A stretch of 64,000 nt of DNA from Eledone cirrhosa (GCA_964016885.1 OZ024746.1:79608001-79672000); one strand, 5' to 3'; shown: positions 1 through 14,010, numbered from the stretch's first letter. Notes: generated from the letters alone by a model not told the origin. Numbers and translations are program-made.

Positions 1-1114
1 TCGAGCCAATTTATCGAATTATCATTGCATGATATGCCTTTAGTAGAAGATTTCTTGATAGATAAACATTGACAAATAAATCTAAATGTATTTCCCATGA
101 ATCAGCTATAGAATATTTATGATAGCACGCCAATCTCAAAGCCAGACACCAATTAACTGAATTTTGAACTGGAAATCTAGTTATTCAAACTCATATTTTC
201 TGTATTCCTACACGACAATGTTACAGGAGTACAGGAAAAAATCTCTAGAAGCTATTAGAATATAGATGATTGTAAAATATTCACGCAACATACACGTAAA
301 TTTTGCAGTATGACAATTATATATAATCAGAAAGAAGCCTCGTTTATTATAAGGAAAATTGGTCATTGAAATATGTTTTTACGCTGCCCACAGATGCAGC
401 GTTCAAGAAATTGCAGTCATTGACATGAAAAACGTTGAACATACAGACATTTTCAGAAACTTAAAAATTGAGTTAGGATTTCGTTTTATGTTTACAATAT
501 GTTATTAGGATACGTCTATTGGATGTTTGATTATGTGCCCTGCAGCTATAAGATACATCTTTGATCATAGATCCTAAGAGAATATTTTACTAAAGAAGTC
601 AATAAATATTCCTCTGTTATGCCTGCACAATGTTGGTTCAAATGGTTGACTCATCTCATTCGCAAAATCTTTCTAATATTCTAGTAAATTAAAATAGAAG
701 AAAGTGATTTTACTCGTTATTATTGGAAATATGACACTATTGACTAACTACTAACATTCAGTTTTCAATAACTTGGCAGTGATAACAAAAACAACAACTT
801 CAAATAGTTCTCTACTATTTCAGAACAAACACAATAGAAAATTAATGCATGTTATTTTTAGAAATGTTTCAGATGTTAATCCAAACACAGGGTCATCATC
901 AATACAACAGTGCTAACAACATCACTTTCGGGGCTCACGGTCTAGAGCAGGTAAAACAGGGTGATAGAAATGCTGTTTATTATTCTCAGCTATATCACGG
1001 CAGTGATTGTTAGCAACAGTAAGAAATGATAGTATGTATATATATATATAGAAAGAGAGAGAGACAGAGAGAGAGAGAAAGAGAGATAGTGAGAGACATA
1101 TTACGATGGTTATA

Positions 1115-1278
1115 TAATTGTTTCTACTTTTGGCACAAGGCCAGCAATTATCCCAGTACATTACTGGTACTTTATTTTATCGACCCCGTAAGGATGAAAG
1201 GCAAAGTAAACCTCGGCGGGATTTGAACTCAGATCGTAAAGGGACGTAACTATGCTGGAAAGCATGGCGTCCGACCCT
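1115..1278 (-). mobile_element. tRNA-derived SINE (family 1), full-length copy
   Basis: Minus strand reads TGGCAGTATCGGT (A-box-like), GAGTTCAAATCCC (B-box), central GCCTTTCATCCTTACGGGGTCGATAAAATAAAGTACCAG, then tail GGCCTTGTGCCAAAAGTAGAAACAATTA. Near-identical copies recur across the window. Confidence 0.9.
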
Positions 1279-1319
1279 CTACCGATACTGCCAATCCATT
1301 ATATAATAGGCGAGGGTTT

Positions 1320-1690
1320 CCACTGAACTTCGTTAATGACAGTTTCCATTCTTGCTAAGAGTAATTTAATTTGACTAACGTTATATATTCTAATATTCGT
1401 TTCTCTTAATCTATAAGGCATTTCAAAACTAGAAAGTAAGAAAAAATACAATATATGGTTCACTGTTTCAGAACATGGGGACTTTGGTGTCTCTATAAGA
1501 GGTGACAAAATACACACACGATTTCCTTGAAAACAATATATTGAAAACAATATATTGTTTACACCTTTTTTACTCTCGTCAAGCCTTCTATTTATTCTAC
1601 CATCTCTCATTTTATCTTCCGATGAAGGAATAATGTCCGAACCGTTCAAATGGCTTTCCTATCATATAAAGTATTAGATTAATATATATC
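1320..1690 (+). mobile_element. Highly decayed Penelope-like element 3' end with a degenerate minimal hammerhead motif
   Basis: Broken frames give 'NLTNVIY', resembling the start of a PLE GIY-YIG domain. 1619-1647 CCGATGAAGGAATAATGTCCGAACCGTTC resembles the PLE motif CTGATGA-gga..tcc-GAAACGT with 2 core changes. Ends just before (TA)n at 1721. Confidence 0.35.
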
Positions 1691-1718
1691 ATCATTGTAC
1701 TGTATTTCCTTCCCATGT

Positions 1719-1762
<44 letters not shown>

Positions 1763-1788
1763 TATACATATATATATATATATATATA

Positions 1789-1858
<70 letters not shown>

Positions 1859-2239
1859 CATATATATATATGTGTATGCATATTTACACAAACACACACA
1901 TATCCACACATATCCACACATATCCACACACACATACATATATATATATATATAGGAAATATATTATTATATTATATCATATTCGTATACAATAGATATA
2001 GATAGTTAAATTCCAGTATGTATGTCGATGTATGAATATGTAATTGTGGTGCATTTGTGTATGGATGTGTAAAATGACATAGGCCCGAATTCAGTCACGC
2101 TCAACCACACATTCACTCACAGATTACACCAATTTATGCCTGAATAAATTTATGGCTACGTTTTCTATGTTCAACATTTCCAATTTCTATATATTAATAT
2201 CAATATGTGCGCGTATGTATATGTATACGAATATGTACA

Positions 2240-2316
<77 letters not shown>

Positions 2317-2689
2317 ATATATGTATATATATATATATGTGTGTGGGTGTATATATATGTATATATATATGTGTGTATATATGTATATATGTATATATGT
2401 ATATATATATATATATATATGTATTTTATATATATATATATACATATGTATGTATGTTTAAATGTAAATATAATTCTATGTGAATATACAATGGGAAGAT
2501 ATGTGTGTATGATAGGTTTATATATATAATATGCATATGTATACATCTATCTATATATATATACATATATATATATATACATATATTATATGTATGTATG
2601 TAAATATATATATGTATATATATATATATATATATGATTGTGTGAGTGTCTGTGTTGTGTAAATGTGTAAATAAGTATAATAGTATGTA

Positions 2690-2915
2690 TGTATGTGTGT
2701 TTGTTGTATGTATGTATGTATGTATGTATGTATGTATGTATGTATGTATGTATGTATGTATGAATGTATGTATGTATGTATGAATGTATGAATGTATGTA
2801 TGTATGTATGAATGTATGTATGTATGAATGTATGAATGTATTAATGTATGTATGTATGTATACATGTATGCATGTATGCATGTATGTATGTATGTATGTA
2901 TGTATGTATGTATGC

Positions 2916-2948
<33 letters not shown>

Positions 2949-3138
2949 TGTATGTATGTATGTATGTATGTATGTATGTATGAATGTATGTATGTATGTA
3001 TGAATGTATGTATGTATGAATGTATTAATGTATGTATGTATGTATACATGTATGCATGTATGCATGTATGTATGTATGTATGTATGTATACATGTATGCA
3101 TGTATGTATGTATGTATGTATGTATGTATGTATGCATG

Positions 3139-3172
<34 letters not shown>

Positions 3173-3232
3173 TGTATGTATGTATGTATGTATATGTATG
3201 TATGTAAGTATGTATGCATGTATGTATGTATG
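2690..3232. repeat. (ATGT)n tetranucleotide microsatellite with variant units
   Basis: Direct reading; source of the MYVC/HTYI pseudo-ORFs. Confidence 0.95.
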
Positions 3233-3394
3233 TGTGATGGGGACACTGTTTTTATGTCTGTGGAAATGGCTGCCATTTAAACATTGCCCACATTTACCAT
3301 TGATGTTTCAGTTATTGATATATGTATATATCACTTTCCGTGAGTGTATGTATGGGTGTGAATAAATATGTGTGTGTGTATATGTTTGTGTGAA

Positions 3395-3452
<58 letters not shown>

Positions 3453-3625
3453 GGAGAGAGAGTGGTGTGTATATCATTAACTGAGTCATATGTGTCAAAT
3501 GCTTTTGATTACCAACGCGTTTAAGTTTCTACATATGAATGAATGTGTGTCATAGAGAATGTATATATATATATATGTGTATGTATATGTGTGTGTGTGT
3601 ATGTATATGTGTGTATGGATATAAA

Positions 3626-3804
<179 letters not shown>

Positions 3805-3954
3805 ATATGTGTATATATCTATCTATCTATATATATATATATATATAATATATAATATATATGTGTGCGTGTGTGTATGTATGCGTGTGTATAATGTGAG
3901 GGGGAGACGGCGCTGATGTGTAGATAGGCTACTCTGTGGTTGTTATAGGAAGAG

Positions 3955-4316
3955 GTGATGGTTGTGGTGGTGTTGGTGGTGGTGTTGGTGGTGGTGTTGG
4001 TGGTGGCGGTGGTGTTGGTGTTGGTGGTCGTGGTTGTGTTGATGGTGTTGGTGGTGTTGGTGGTGGTGCTGGTGATGATATTGGTGGTGGTGGTGGTGGT
4101 GGTATTGGTGGTGGTGGTGGTGTTGGTGGTCGTGGTTGTGTTGATGGTGTTGGTGGTGTTGGTGGTGGTGCTGGTGGTGATATTGGTGGTGGTGGTGGTG
4201 GTATTGGTGGTGGTGGTGGTGTTGGTGGTCGTGGGTGTGTTGATGGTGTTGGTGGTGGTGCTGGTGATGATATTGGTGGTGGTGGTGGTGGTGGTGGTAT
4301 TGGTGGTGGTGGTGGT
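3955..4316. repeat. (GGT)n-derived minisatellite with roughly 80-bp higher-order units
   Basis: GGTCGTGGTTGTGTTGATGGTGTTGGT...GCTGGTGATGATATTGGT repeated three times. Confidence 0.85.
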
Positions 4317-4709
4317 GCGTCAGAATGAGATGATTACGTAGCTTTCATGTAGTTTTGCTTCCTTTGCCTTTAATATTATTTTATAAGGCAGAAAACTGAT
4401 AGGTGTTTGGTATAGATCAATGTAAGACGGTTCTGGAAGACTGACTATTCAGATGACTGCTTTTGGTTTTCCTAATTCCATAAAACATGGCTTGCCTGAC
4501 CTCGCTTCACATACTTATACATTCAAATTCACATTCATAGTGTACACACACGTACATTCAGACAAATACAAACATACTCCCCACACATATAAATATACAA
4601 GCACACACGATATGCTACACATTCAGAAATACTGAATCTCTCAGATGTATTAGTTTAATATTTCTCCCCTCCTATTTCTCTTGCTTTCTCTCTCTCTCTT
4701 CCTCTCTCG

Positions 4710-4771
<62 letters not shown>

Positions 4772-4876
4772 ATATATATATGTGTGTGTGTGTGTTGTGT
4801 GTGAGTTTGCGCGCGTATGTGTGAGACATATGTGTGTGTGTATTTATATGCGTATATGCACATATCTATATGCATG

Positions 4877-4921
<45 letters not shown>

Positions 4922-4922
4922 C

Positions 4923-4982
<60 letters not shown>

Positions 4983-5112
4983 GGGTAATTACACGATTAA
5001 ATATTGTGCAGATCTACCGAAAATATTTCTTTTGTGCAAAGCCATTAAAGGGAGGTCGCTCAATAAAATGGGGGAGGGCGTGGGGGGTCAGTTTTAGAGT
5101 TGTAATATAATG

Positions 5113-5647
5113 CAGTGTTTCTCAATACTTCTCTACCCAGTGGCGCAGTTTGTGACAAAATATAAATATTTTGGAGCAGTTTATTCATTAAGTCAAAAAC
5201 TGTTTTACTATATACTATTTGTATATTTTACTTAGTTGTATATTTATTGAGAAATATAAACATTTAAAACTACGAATCATTATTAGCTACGGTGGATTGC
5301 CAGTATCGGTAGAGGGTCGGACGCCAGAGGGTCGGAGGCTTTGACGCATAGAGTTACGGCCCTTGCCATTCTGAGTTCAAATCCCGCCGAGGTTAACTTT
5401 GCCTTTCATCCTTACGGGGTCGATACAATAAAGTACCAGTAATACACTGGGTAATTGCTAGCCTTGTGCCAAAAGTAGAAACAATTGTTAGCTACTTACT
5501 TCTTTATTTAATAAATGAAGTGTAGTAACAGAGATATTATATCTTGAATTTCAGTTTGTATTGCTTCCTCTTTTTTGAAATGTATAATGTTAATATTTTC
5601 GTGGTTCACCTAGCAAGATATCACTGCACATCATTAGGGAACTACTG
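5113..5647. mobile_element. Non-autonomous hAT (Charlie/MER5-like) MITE containing a nested SINE
   Basis: Ends CAGTGTTTCTCAA...TTAGGGAACTACTG (imperfect TIR). Perfect 8-bp TSD ATATAATG at 5105-5112 and 5648-5655; 8-bp TSDs are characteristic of hAT. Confidence 0.85.
5291..5487 (+). mobile_element. SINE family 1, inserted inside the hAT MITE
   Basis: Full A/B-box head, central domain and tail. Flanking duplication TTAGCTAC at 5283-5290 and 5488-5495. Confidence 0.9.
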
Positions 5648-6247
5648 ATATAATGAAACTTACGTGGAACTAATGCAGAAAACCACTCAAAAATTAAATT
5701 AAGCTAAATATTAAAATAAATAAATCTATCTACATGCACAAGTGGATCGATTTCTGATGCTTTCCTTTACAGAAATACACAAATGATTCGCGTGAGTCTG
5801 TTATAGTTATTACAGTTTGCATACACCGTGTCGCAGACGCCGGTAATATAGGGAATATCAAGTAGATAAATGCACTCAAATTATTCACTTTTGAAAAAAA
5901 AAAAAAAAAAAAATAATAATAATAATAATAATAATTAAAACTTATATAAATATGCTGCAATAATTACATTAAAGGTTTCTTTTATGAAAATCGATTAACG
6001 AGTACGCTTAATGGAGTTTGAAAACAATGAGATTTTAGAACAATAATATAAGGATGCATAAATGGCAGGTAATCAGTGATTGTAAATAGTAGCACACTCA
6101 TGAGAGTCTCACCACAATTCAGCTGACAGCGACATCTCATATCCATAAAACTGTAGAAACGTCTGACTGAAGAAAATTGTGTGTATATATTTTCAAAATG
6201 TATTTTCAAATATCTCTTCGCATTAAAAGTATTTATATTATTATTAT

Positions 6248-6550
6248 GTATCGGTAGAGGGGTCAGACGCCATGCTTTCCAGCATAGTTACGTCCCTTTA
6301 CGATCTGAGTTCAAATCCCGCCGAGGTTGACTTTGCCTTTCATCCTTACGGGGTCGATAAAATAAAGTACCAGTAATGCACTGGGTAATTGCTGGTCTTG
6401 TGCCTAAAGTAGAAACAATTATATTAAATTAAGCTTTGCCTTTCACCCTTATGGACGATCAAATAAAGTACAAGTTACTAGCTGGGGTCGATTTAATCGA
6501 CTTTCCCTTCCACAAGATTGTTCTCCTTGAGCTTAAATCATGAATAATTA
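6248..6550 (+). mobile_element. SINE family 1 copy plus an adjacent older, diverged 3' half
   Basis: 6248-6424 matches the consensus; 6433-6550 is a diverged central domain and tail. Confidence 0.85.
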
Positions 6551-6562
6551 TGTAGCAACACT

Positions 6563-6604
<42 letters not shown>

Positions 6605-6874
6605 CACTACTACTACTACTACTACTACTGCTACTACTACTACTACAAGTTACAAAATGGTGGGTGGGTTTATAAAATAATAAAGGAAAGCAGGTGTGAC
6701 ACACAACAGTAGAATCTAAAATAATTCGAAACATCACAATCGTGAATAAAAAAAATCTGTATCAAATAGATTGTGGATTATCAATAACTACTCTCTCCCA
6801 ACTCTCCGACAAACAAGCGAGAAAAGAACCATTCATTCCAACCATACCCTCCATACGTATGAATATGCTTGTTC

Positions 6875-6975
6875 TAGTGGTTGGTTTGTTAGACACAATC
6901 ATGTGATCATGGGACCGATTCCTAGACTGAGCGGTGTGTTGTATTCTTGAGCAAGACGCTTCGTTTTACATTATT
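6875..6975 (+). mobile_element. Degenerate SINE family 2 head
   Basis: GTGTTGTATTCTTGAGCAAGACGCTTCGTTTTACA resembles the 44861-45148 element. Confidence 0.45.
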
Positions 6976-7342
6976 TTTCATGAGATGACATTTGAGATAC
7001 GACCTTATATGAGGCCAATTAAAATTGAATATGCGTGAGTTATGAATTTTATTTTTTACTCGCTCTATACACAACCCACCTTTCAATAAATATACAGAAG
7101 GGCAGCATTTCACTCTATACCTTCACCTTCTACTCCATGTGATACATGGAGTAGAAGATGCAGTTGATGAAAGCACAGTTGAAATAGAAAGTGTTTACCT
7201 TCAGCTATTTCAAACTTTTCCGCCATAAAAGTACTTTCTATATATCTTCTATGCAGAAAAATAGCTACATTTCATGAACTTTGACCTAGCAGTCTTTCAC
7301 TATCTCTGAAAGCGATGTGTGCAACTTTTCTGGGTATCGCAT

Positions 7343-7392
<50 letters not shown>

Positions 7393-8017
7393 AACAGTCA
7401 TGACCGGCATGGGCTGGTGTTTGGATTCTGTCAATCGATTGGTTATTGATTAGGCGATACCCGCTGTGAAGCCGCATAAGCCGATTGTGCATTGTTGCAT
7501 AATATATGCAGACAGATGGTACAGTGCACCTTACTGCTGCAATAGTGCGGCAGCAACTCAAGTCCGGGAACTTTATAGGCACCCGTTTTACGTGTGTTGT
7601 GTCGAGGCAAATAACTATGTGTATACTCTGGTAATGTATCTTACATTGCCCATTGAGTGCGCTGAGATACAACCGGTACTGGCATTGATAAATATGCTGG
7701 GTCCGTCAACCCTTATTATATACATATACAATGTTTTCTTGAAGATCGAGTTGAAGTGCAACTGTATTAGAATTCATAGAGTACAGAGAAAAACACATTG
7801 TAAGAATAGCTGTTAAAACATCAAAACGCCGTCGATGACGATGTCGGGTAAAATTTAACTAAAAGGACAGAAATCTGCGGCTAGAAGTGTATTGACCCGC
7901 AGAAGTGATAATAAAAAATGAGCGAAGGAAAAAAATGAACAAGATCACACAAACATCATTTTTCCTCATCGGCTCTTAGACCGGCTGTAGTTTCGCACGA
8001 TTTAACTTGAAAGGACT

Positions 8018-8050
<33 letters not shown>

Positions 8051-8075
8051 CATATATATATATATATGTATGTAT

Positions 8076-8182
<107 letters not shown>

Positions 8183-8204
8183 CATATATATATATATATG
8201 TATG

Positions 8205-8250
<46 letters not shown>

Positions 8251-8262
8251 CATATATATATA

Positions 8263-9114
8263 TAAATGAAAATAGAGAAATTAATGTGAGCAAGAAGCCA
8301 AAGAATTTCATAATATATAAGTGACTATAACGTCAAAGTGGAAAATATTTAACGTAAGATATGGGAAAATAATTCAAACTCAATTAAAAAAAAATCAAGA
8401 CAGAGATTTTATCCGCAGATTTTGTGAAATCCAGGGAAAAAACCAATAGAGACTTAATTCAGAATAAAGTAAAGTTTAAATACTTATCCTTCAATTTGGA
8501 AAAACTACAAATGCTCTATATAGTCTTAAAAAGAGTATTTCACGAAACTTTTCAGTGGGATTAGTCACGGTTGGAGTCGTTCATCAGTTGAGCGCAACCC
8601 GATAACCAAAACCACTGCCAAAATATGCCAAAAAGGGAATTTAAAAGCAGGCTAGTTCACCTCGTGCGGAATTATGAAAATAAACACACATGGAGAAACA
8701 TGGCTGGTGACGTCAGAATGAGACGAAAGTCTCTTTACAAGAAACAACAGTCAAAAACATTCCGAAAAAAACTCGATAAAAGTGTATGGAGTTCAGCATA
8801 TAGCAATATTATCGCGGTTTTTTTTTTCTTTTAAAAGACCGGGGTTAGTCACAGATAATTTTAAGCACTCTAGGAAAAAATTCCGAGTATAAATATAAAT
8901 GAAAATAGAGAAATTAATGTGAGCAAGAAGCCAACAGTATTTCATAACGTCAAAATGGAAAATATTTAACGTAAGATATGGGAAAATAATTCAAACTCAA
9001 TTTTAAAAAAAATCAAGACAGAGATTTTATCCACAGATTTTGTGAAATCCAGGGAAATATATATATATATTTATATATATATATATATATTTCCCTGGAT
9101 TTCACAAAATCTGT

Positions 9115-9119
<5 letters not shown>
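8263..9119 (-). mobile_element. PLE pseudo-LTR / retrozyme-like element: ~630-bp unit, ~165-bp terminal direct repeat and short inverted piece, inserted in (TA)n
   Basis: 8263-8438 is repeated at 8895-9057. 9090-9119 is the reverse complement of the repeat end. An HHR-like core lies on the minus strand at about 8505-8593. Confidence 0.7.
8505..8593 (-). ncRNA. Hammerhead ribozyme-like motif (degenerate stem I)
   Basis: Minus strand: ctcaa-CTGATGA-acga...tcgt-GAAA-tactct...agagcaT-T-tgtag. Both core motifs are intact, stems II and III pair, stem I is poor. Confidence 0.5.
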
Positions 9120-9163
<44 letters not shown>

Positions 9164-9587
9164 GTTAAGTTTTCGAATCAACCAAGTTGAAAATTTAACG
9201 AGAAAAATGTCGTCGTTGTTTGTTAAATCTCCAATATAAAATTATAAAATATCAGAAAGCTGACATTAACATCATCGCTTGCTCCACGTTTACCCTTGAG
9301 TAAACTGGAGAGGACATTTGTTGGTATGTTGGCTTTTCTATTTTATTATTTTTTCAATATTTATTTCAAATTTAGATCTTTTATTGTTTTTTATTCTATT
9401 TTATGGATATTATTGCTGTTATTTTTATTGTTATTAATAATGTTATTATTATAATCATCATCAACATCATTATAAATATTACGAATTTTAATGACTGCAA
9501 ATTATGAATCCGATGAATAAACCAGAATAAACAGAGTAAATGAATATCCCGGTGTGCAGTTATGTGCATCTACATGTTTATGTAAAT

Positions 9588-9800
9588 GTGTATGTATGTA
9601 TGTATGTATGTATGTATGTATGTATGTATGTATGTATGTATGTATGTATGTATGTATGTATGTTTGTATGTTTGTATGTTTGTATGTATGTATGTATGTA
9701 TGTATGTGTGTATGTATGTATGAATGTATATATATGTATGTATATATGTACGCATGTATGTATGCATGTGTGTATGTATGTATGTAAGCATGTATGTATG
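9588..9800. repeat. (ATGT)n microsatellite
   Basis: Direct reading. Confidence 0.95.
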
Positions 9801-9929
9801 TACACACGTATATATATATATGAGTGTGTGTGTGTGTAAGTGTATTTTAATTAGATAGTTTTAACAACAGATATAACCAACCATATATATATATATATAT
9901 ATATATATATGCTTGGTCATATATATCTA

Positions 9930-10129
<200 letters not shown>

Positions 10130-10449
10130 GATAGGGAGAGAGAGATGCATACATACACACACATATGTAGTTGTGTGTACGTATGTATGTATATATACAC
10201 ATGTGTATAAGCTTGAGTGAGTGTATATACGTGTAAATATACAAGCGTTAAGTGAATTAGTAACACGCAAACAGTCTCTAAACGAAATCCAACCACACAA
10301 AAATCTAAACGAAAAGGAAAAAAAAAATTTTAAACAAATAATAAATAAATAACAACTAAAATATATAGAAAATAACAAAAACAACAACAAGGTAAAGTTT
10401 ATCTGTTTAGAAAACTGTTTAGTAATTCACGGAAAGCGCTCTAAAAACC

Positions 10450-11139
10450 ACCACAACAACATAGAGAGCAACACAAATATAAACAACAACAACAACAACA
10501 AGAAGATAGATAACAACAAAAATATAAACAACATAGACAGCAACACAAATATAAACAACAACAACAACAACATAGATAACAACAAAAATATAAACAACAT
10601 AGACAGTAACACAAATATAAACAACAATAACAACAACATAGATAACAACAAAAATATAAACAACATAGACAGCAACACAAATACAAAACAACAACAACAA
10701 CATAGATAACAACAAAAATATAAACAACATAGACAGCAACACAAATACAAAACAACAACAACAACATAGAGAACAACAAAAATATAAACAACATAGACAG
10801 CAACACAAATATAAACAACAACAACAACAACAACATAGAGAACAACAAAAATATAAACAACATAGACAGCAACACAAATACAAAACAACAACAACAACAT
10901 AGAGAACAACAAAAATATAAACAACATAGACAGCAACACAAATACAAAACAACAACAACAACATAGATAACAACAAAAATATAAACAACATAGACAGCAA
11001 CTCAAATATAAACAACAACAACAACAACATAGATAACAACAAAAATATAAACAACATAGACAGCAACACAAATATAAACAACAATAACAACAACATAGAT
11101 AACAACAAAAATATAAACAACATAGACAGCAACACAAAT

Positions 11140-11173
<34 letters not shown>

Positions 11174-11310
11174 CCAACAACAACAACATAGATAACAACA
11201 AAAATATAAACAACATAGACAGCAACACAAATATAAACAACAACAACAACATAGAGAACAACAACAACACCAACAACAACAATAACAACAACATAGACAG
11301 CAACAGCAGC
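10450..11310. repeat. AAC-rich minisatellite, ~57-66-bp unit, about 13-14 copies
   Basis: Unit ACATAGATAACAACAAAAATATAAACAACATAGACAGCAACACAAATATAAAC(AAC)n. Source of the 299-aa and 267-aa pseudo-ORFs. Confidence 0.9.
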
Positions 11311-11529
11311 AACAACAAAGTAAAGTTTATCTGTTGAAAAACTGTTTAGTAATTCCTGGAAAGTGCTATAAACAGGCGAATCCATAGAAAAATTTGCTTC
11401 ACTGAGATTAAATGTCAGAGTCAGTGGGGGTGATATCTTAAGTGACAAATCTAATTAGTTTATCAGTAAATACGAAATTAGATCCAATTAACAGCATGAA
11501 TTGAAATTTGAAAAACATTATGGCCGCCA

Positions 11530-11673
11530 TCGTCGTCGCCATCAACATCGTCATCATCTTTGTCGTCATCGTCGTTCTTATCACCCTCATCATTATCGTC
11601 ATATCATTGTCATCATCACCATCATCATCATCATCATCATGATCATCATCATCATCATCATTATTAATTCCAA

Positions 11674-11734
<61 letters not shown>

Positions 11735-11898
11735 GTCGTCGTCATCATTGTCATTATCATCATTCTTATCGTTATCATCATCGTCCATCGTCATCGTCAT
11801 TGTCATCATCATTCTTATCATCATCATCATCATCACTCTCGTCATAGTCCTCGTTACCACCATCATCATCATCATCATCATCATCGCTGTCAAATATT

Positions 11899-11969
<71 letters not shown>

Positions 11970-12000
11970 ATTTATCATCAAATACCATTCTCATCATCAT
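11530..12000. repeat. (CAT)n degenerate microsatellite
   Basis: Direct reading. Confidence 0.9.
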
Positions 12001-12242
12001 GATCGACATAATTATCATTATCGAAATTCATCAGCATTATAATTTTTATCCATCAATAATTTTAATGTAAATGATGATGATGATAATAATAATAATAGTC
12101 ATCGTCATTATCGTCGTCGTTCTCGTAATTATTATTATCATTTTCAGCCATCATTGTTATCACCAATAATACTAATAATAATAATAATTGTTTCTACTTT
12201 TGGTACAAGGCCAGCAATTATCCCAGTGAATTACTGGTACTT

Positions 12243-12303
<61 letters not shown>

Positions 12304-12304
<1 letters not shown>

Positions 12305-12560
12305 GTCTAATGATTACTTATCGCAAATCCCAGGAAACCCGCGTATAGGAGAAATACAAAAGATAGTACTAATGGGAACTGCCCATATACTAAGGAAGAT
12401 TCTGTCAATATAAGTACATCACAAGTCTAAACACTAAAGATGCATGTGTGAGTATGTATGTTCTTTCTTGAACATGGCGGACCTTGTTGTCTCTTGAGGT
12501 CACTGGTTGTGACTTGGTGATAACTCGTATGAACATAAAGCAAGATAAATGCAACTGTAA
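12304..12560 (+). mobile_element. R4/Dong-like LINE 3' end (family A), 5'-truncated, in (TAA)n
   Basis: Encodes ...EIQKIVLMGTAHILRKILSI*, the typical RLE-LINE C-terminus, plus a 3' UTR. (TAA)n on both sides. Confidence 0.75.
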
Positions 12561-12587
12561 TGATAATAATAATAATAATAATAATTC

Positions 12588-14010
12588 AGCAATGATATAT
12601 GTATGCAATTTGGTATTAGTATGTGTGGAGTCCTTGTGATGAAGAGGGGTAAATTGAGCAGAAGTAACGGAATCCAGGTACCAACAGGTGAGATGATAAA
12701 GGAAATTGACTCTGAAGAAGGATTCTGGAGGCTGATGACATCAAGAACAAAAAAATGAAGGAATTGATAAGAACTGAATACATTCGGAGAGTAAGGAGCG
12801 TATTAAAGTCACATCTGAACAGTAGGAATGCCATAAGTGCAGTAAATTCCCGAGCTGTGCCTATTATTAGGTACAGTGCGGGAATTCTGAGATGGAATGT
12901 TGCTGAACAAAAAGAAATGGATAGGAAGACTAGGAAGCTATTGACTATCTACAACATCTTCCACAAGAGGAGTGATGTCGATAGACTCTACTTAAGGAGA
13001 TCTGAAGGTTGAAGAGGTCTTATCAGCATAGAGGACTGTGTTCAGATGGAGAAAAACAACCTACACAAATACGTGACTGATAGTAGGGATCCAATGCTCA
13101 GAATTGTACTGAAGGAAAGGACAATAGACCAGGGGATGTCCAAGGAGGAAATAACAACAAGGAGAAAGAGCAACCTTCATGAAAAATCCCTTCATAGTAC
13201 CTTCTTTGAGAAAACCGAATTCAGAGATCCACAGACATGGAAATGGTTGAAAAGGGGAGACCTTAAAAAGGCTACAGAAGGAATGCTAATGGCTGCGCAA
13301 GAGCAGGCCCTCAAAACGAAGTGGCTGAAACACCATATTGACAAGGAGGAAGCTAGCCCACTGTGTAGGATATGTGGAGAGAGAGAGGAGACTGTGGCTC
13401 ACATATATCCGAGTGTAAACACCTAGCCCAGACTCACTATAAAGGCTGGAGACATGATGTGATGGGCAGGGTGATCCACTGGCACCTATGCAAAGTAAAC
13501 AATTTACTATATTCTGAGAAATGGTATGAGCATAAGCCAGAGTCGGTGATAGAAAACGAACAGGTAAAGGTGCTGTGGGATTTTAGGATATAGACGGACA
13601 AGAAACTGGAACACAATAGGCCTGACCTGGTGGTTTTCGACAAGGAAAAAATCGTGCTTGATTGTAGATGTAGCCTGCCCATTTGACACAAGAGTGCAAG
13701 AGAAGGAGAGGGAGAAAATTAACCGATACCAGGACTTAAAGTGGGAGTTAAAAGAGATTTGGAACTGCCATGAAGTCAAAGTGGTCCCGATTGTCATAGG
13801 CGCACTAAGTACTATCTCAAAGAGTTTCCAAGGATGGTTAAAGAAGATTAGTCCAGCCCCGCTTTTTGGAACACTTCAAAAGGCTTGCTTGCTGGGAACA
13901 GCGAGTACCCTCCGATACGTCCTGAATATCTGAGGCTGCAGGTAGTGGCTTGATATTCATTTCAACAAACTTTCCAGTTAACTAACATCAATGACTGAGA
14001 CTCAAAGAAC
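12588..14010 (+). mobile_element. R4/Dong-like non-LTR retrotransposon (family B), 5'-truncated and frameshifted
   Basis: Late RT motifs (DICMQFG..CGVLVMKRG; AINS..VPIIRYSAG; SDVDRLYLRRSEG.RGL), zinc knuckle CRICGEREETVAH..SEC, RHD motif, RLE motifs RPDLVV..IVDVACP..K..RYQDL, and C-terminus LQKACLLGTA. Ends in (AAT)n. Confidence 0.92.

Noticed and set aside
1115-1278. SINE heads as tRNA genes
   Set aside because: A and B boxes are present but there is no cloverleaf; it is a dispersed repeat with a tail.
3936-4328. Gly-rich 130-aa ORF resembling a structural protein
   Set aside because: It is a (GGT)n-derived minisatellite with a GTG start, no signal peptide, and several open frames.
7955-8016. 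Minus-strand GAAAC..GTC..CCGATGAG as a permuted hammerhead
   Set aside because: The core is mutated and stems I and II cannot be formed convincingly.
10419-11318. 299-aa hydrophobic and 267-aa Cys-rich ORFs; CRISPR-like periodicity
   Set aside because: This is a tandem minisatellite with no unique spacers, no cas genes, and a eukaryotic context.
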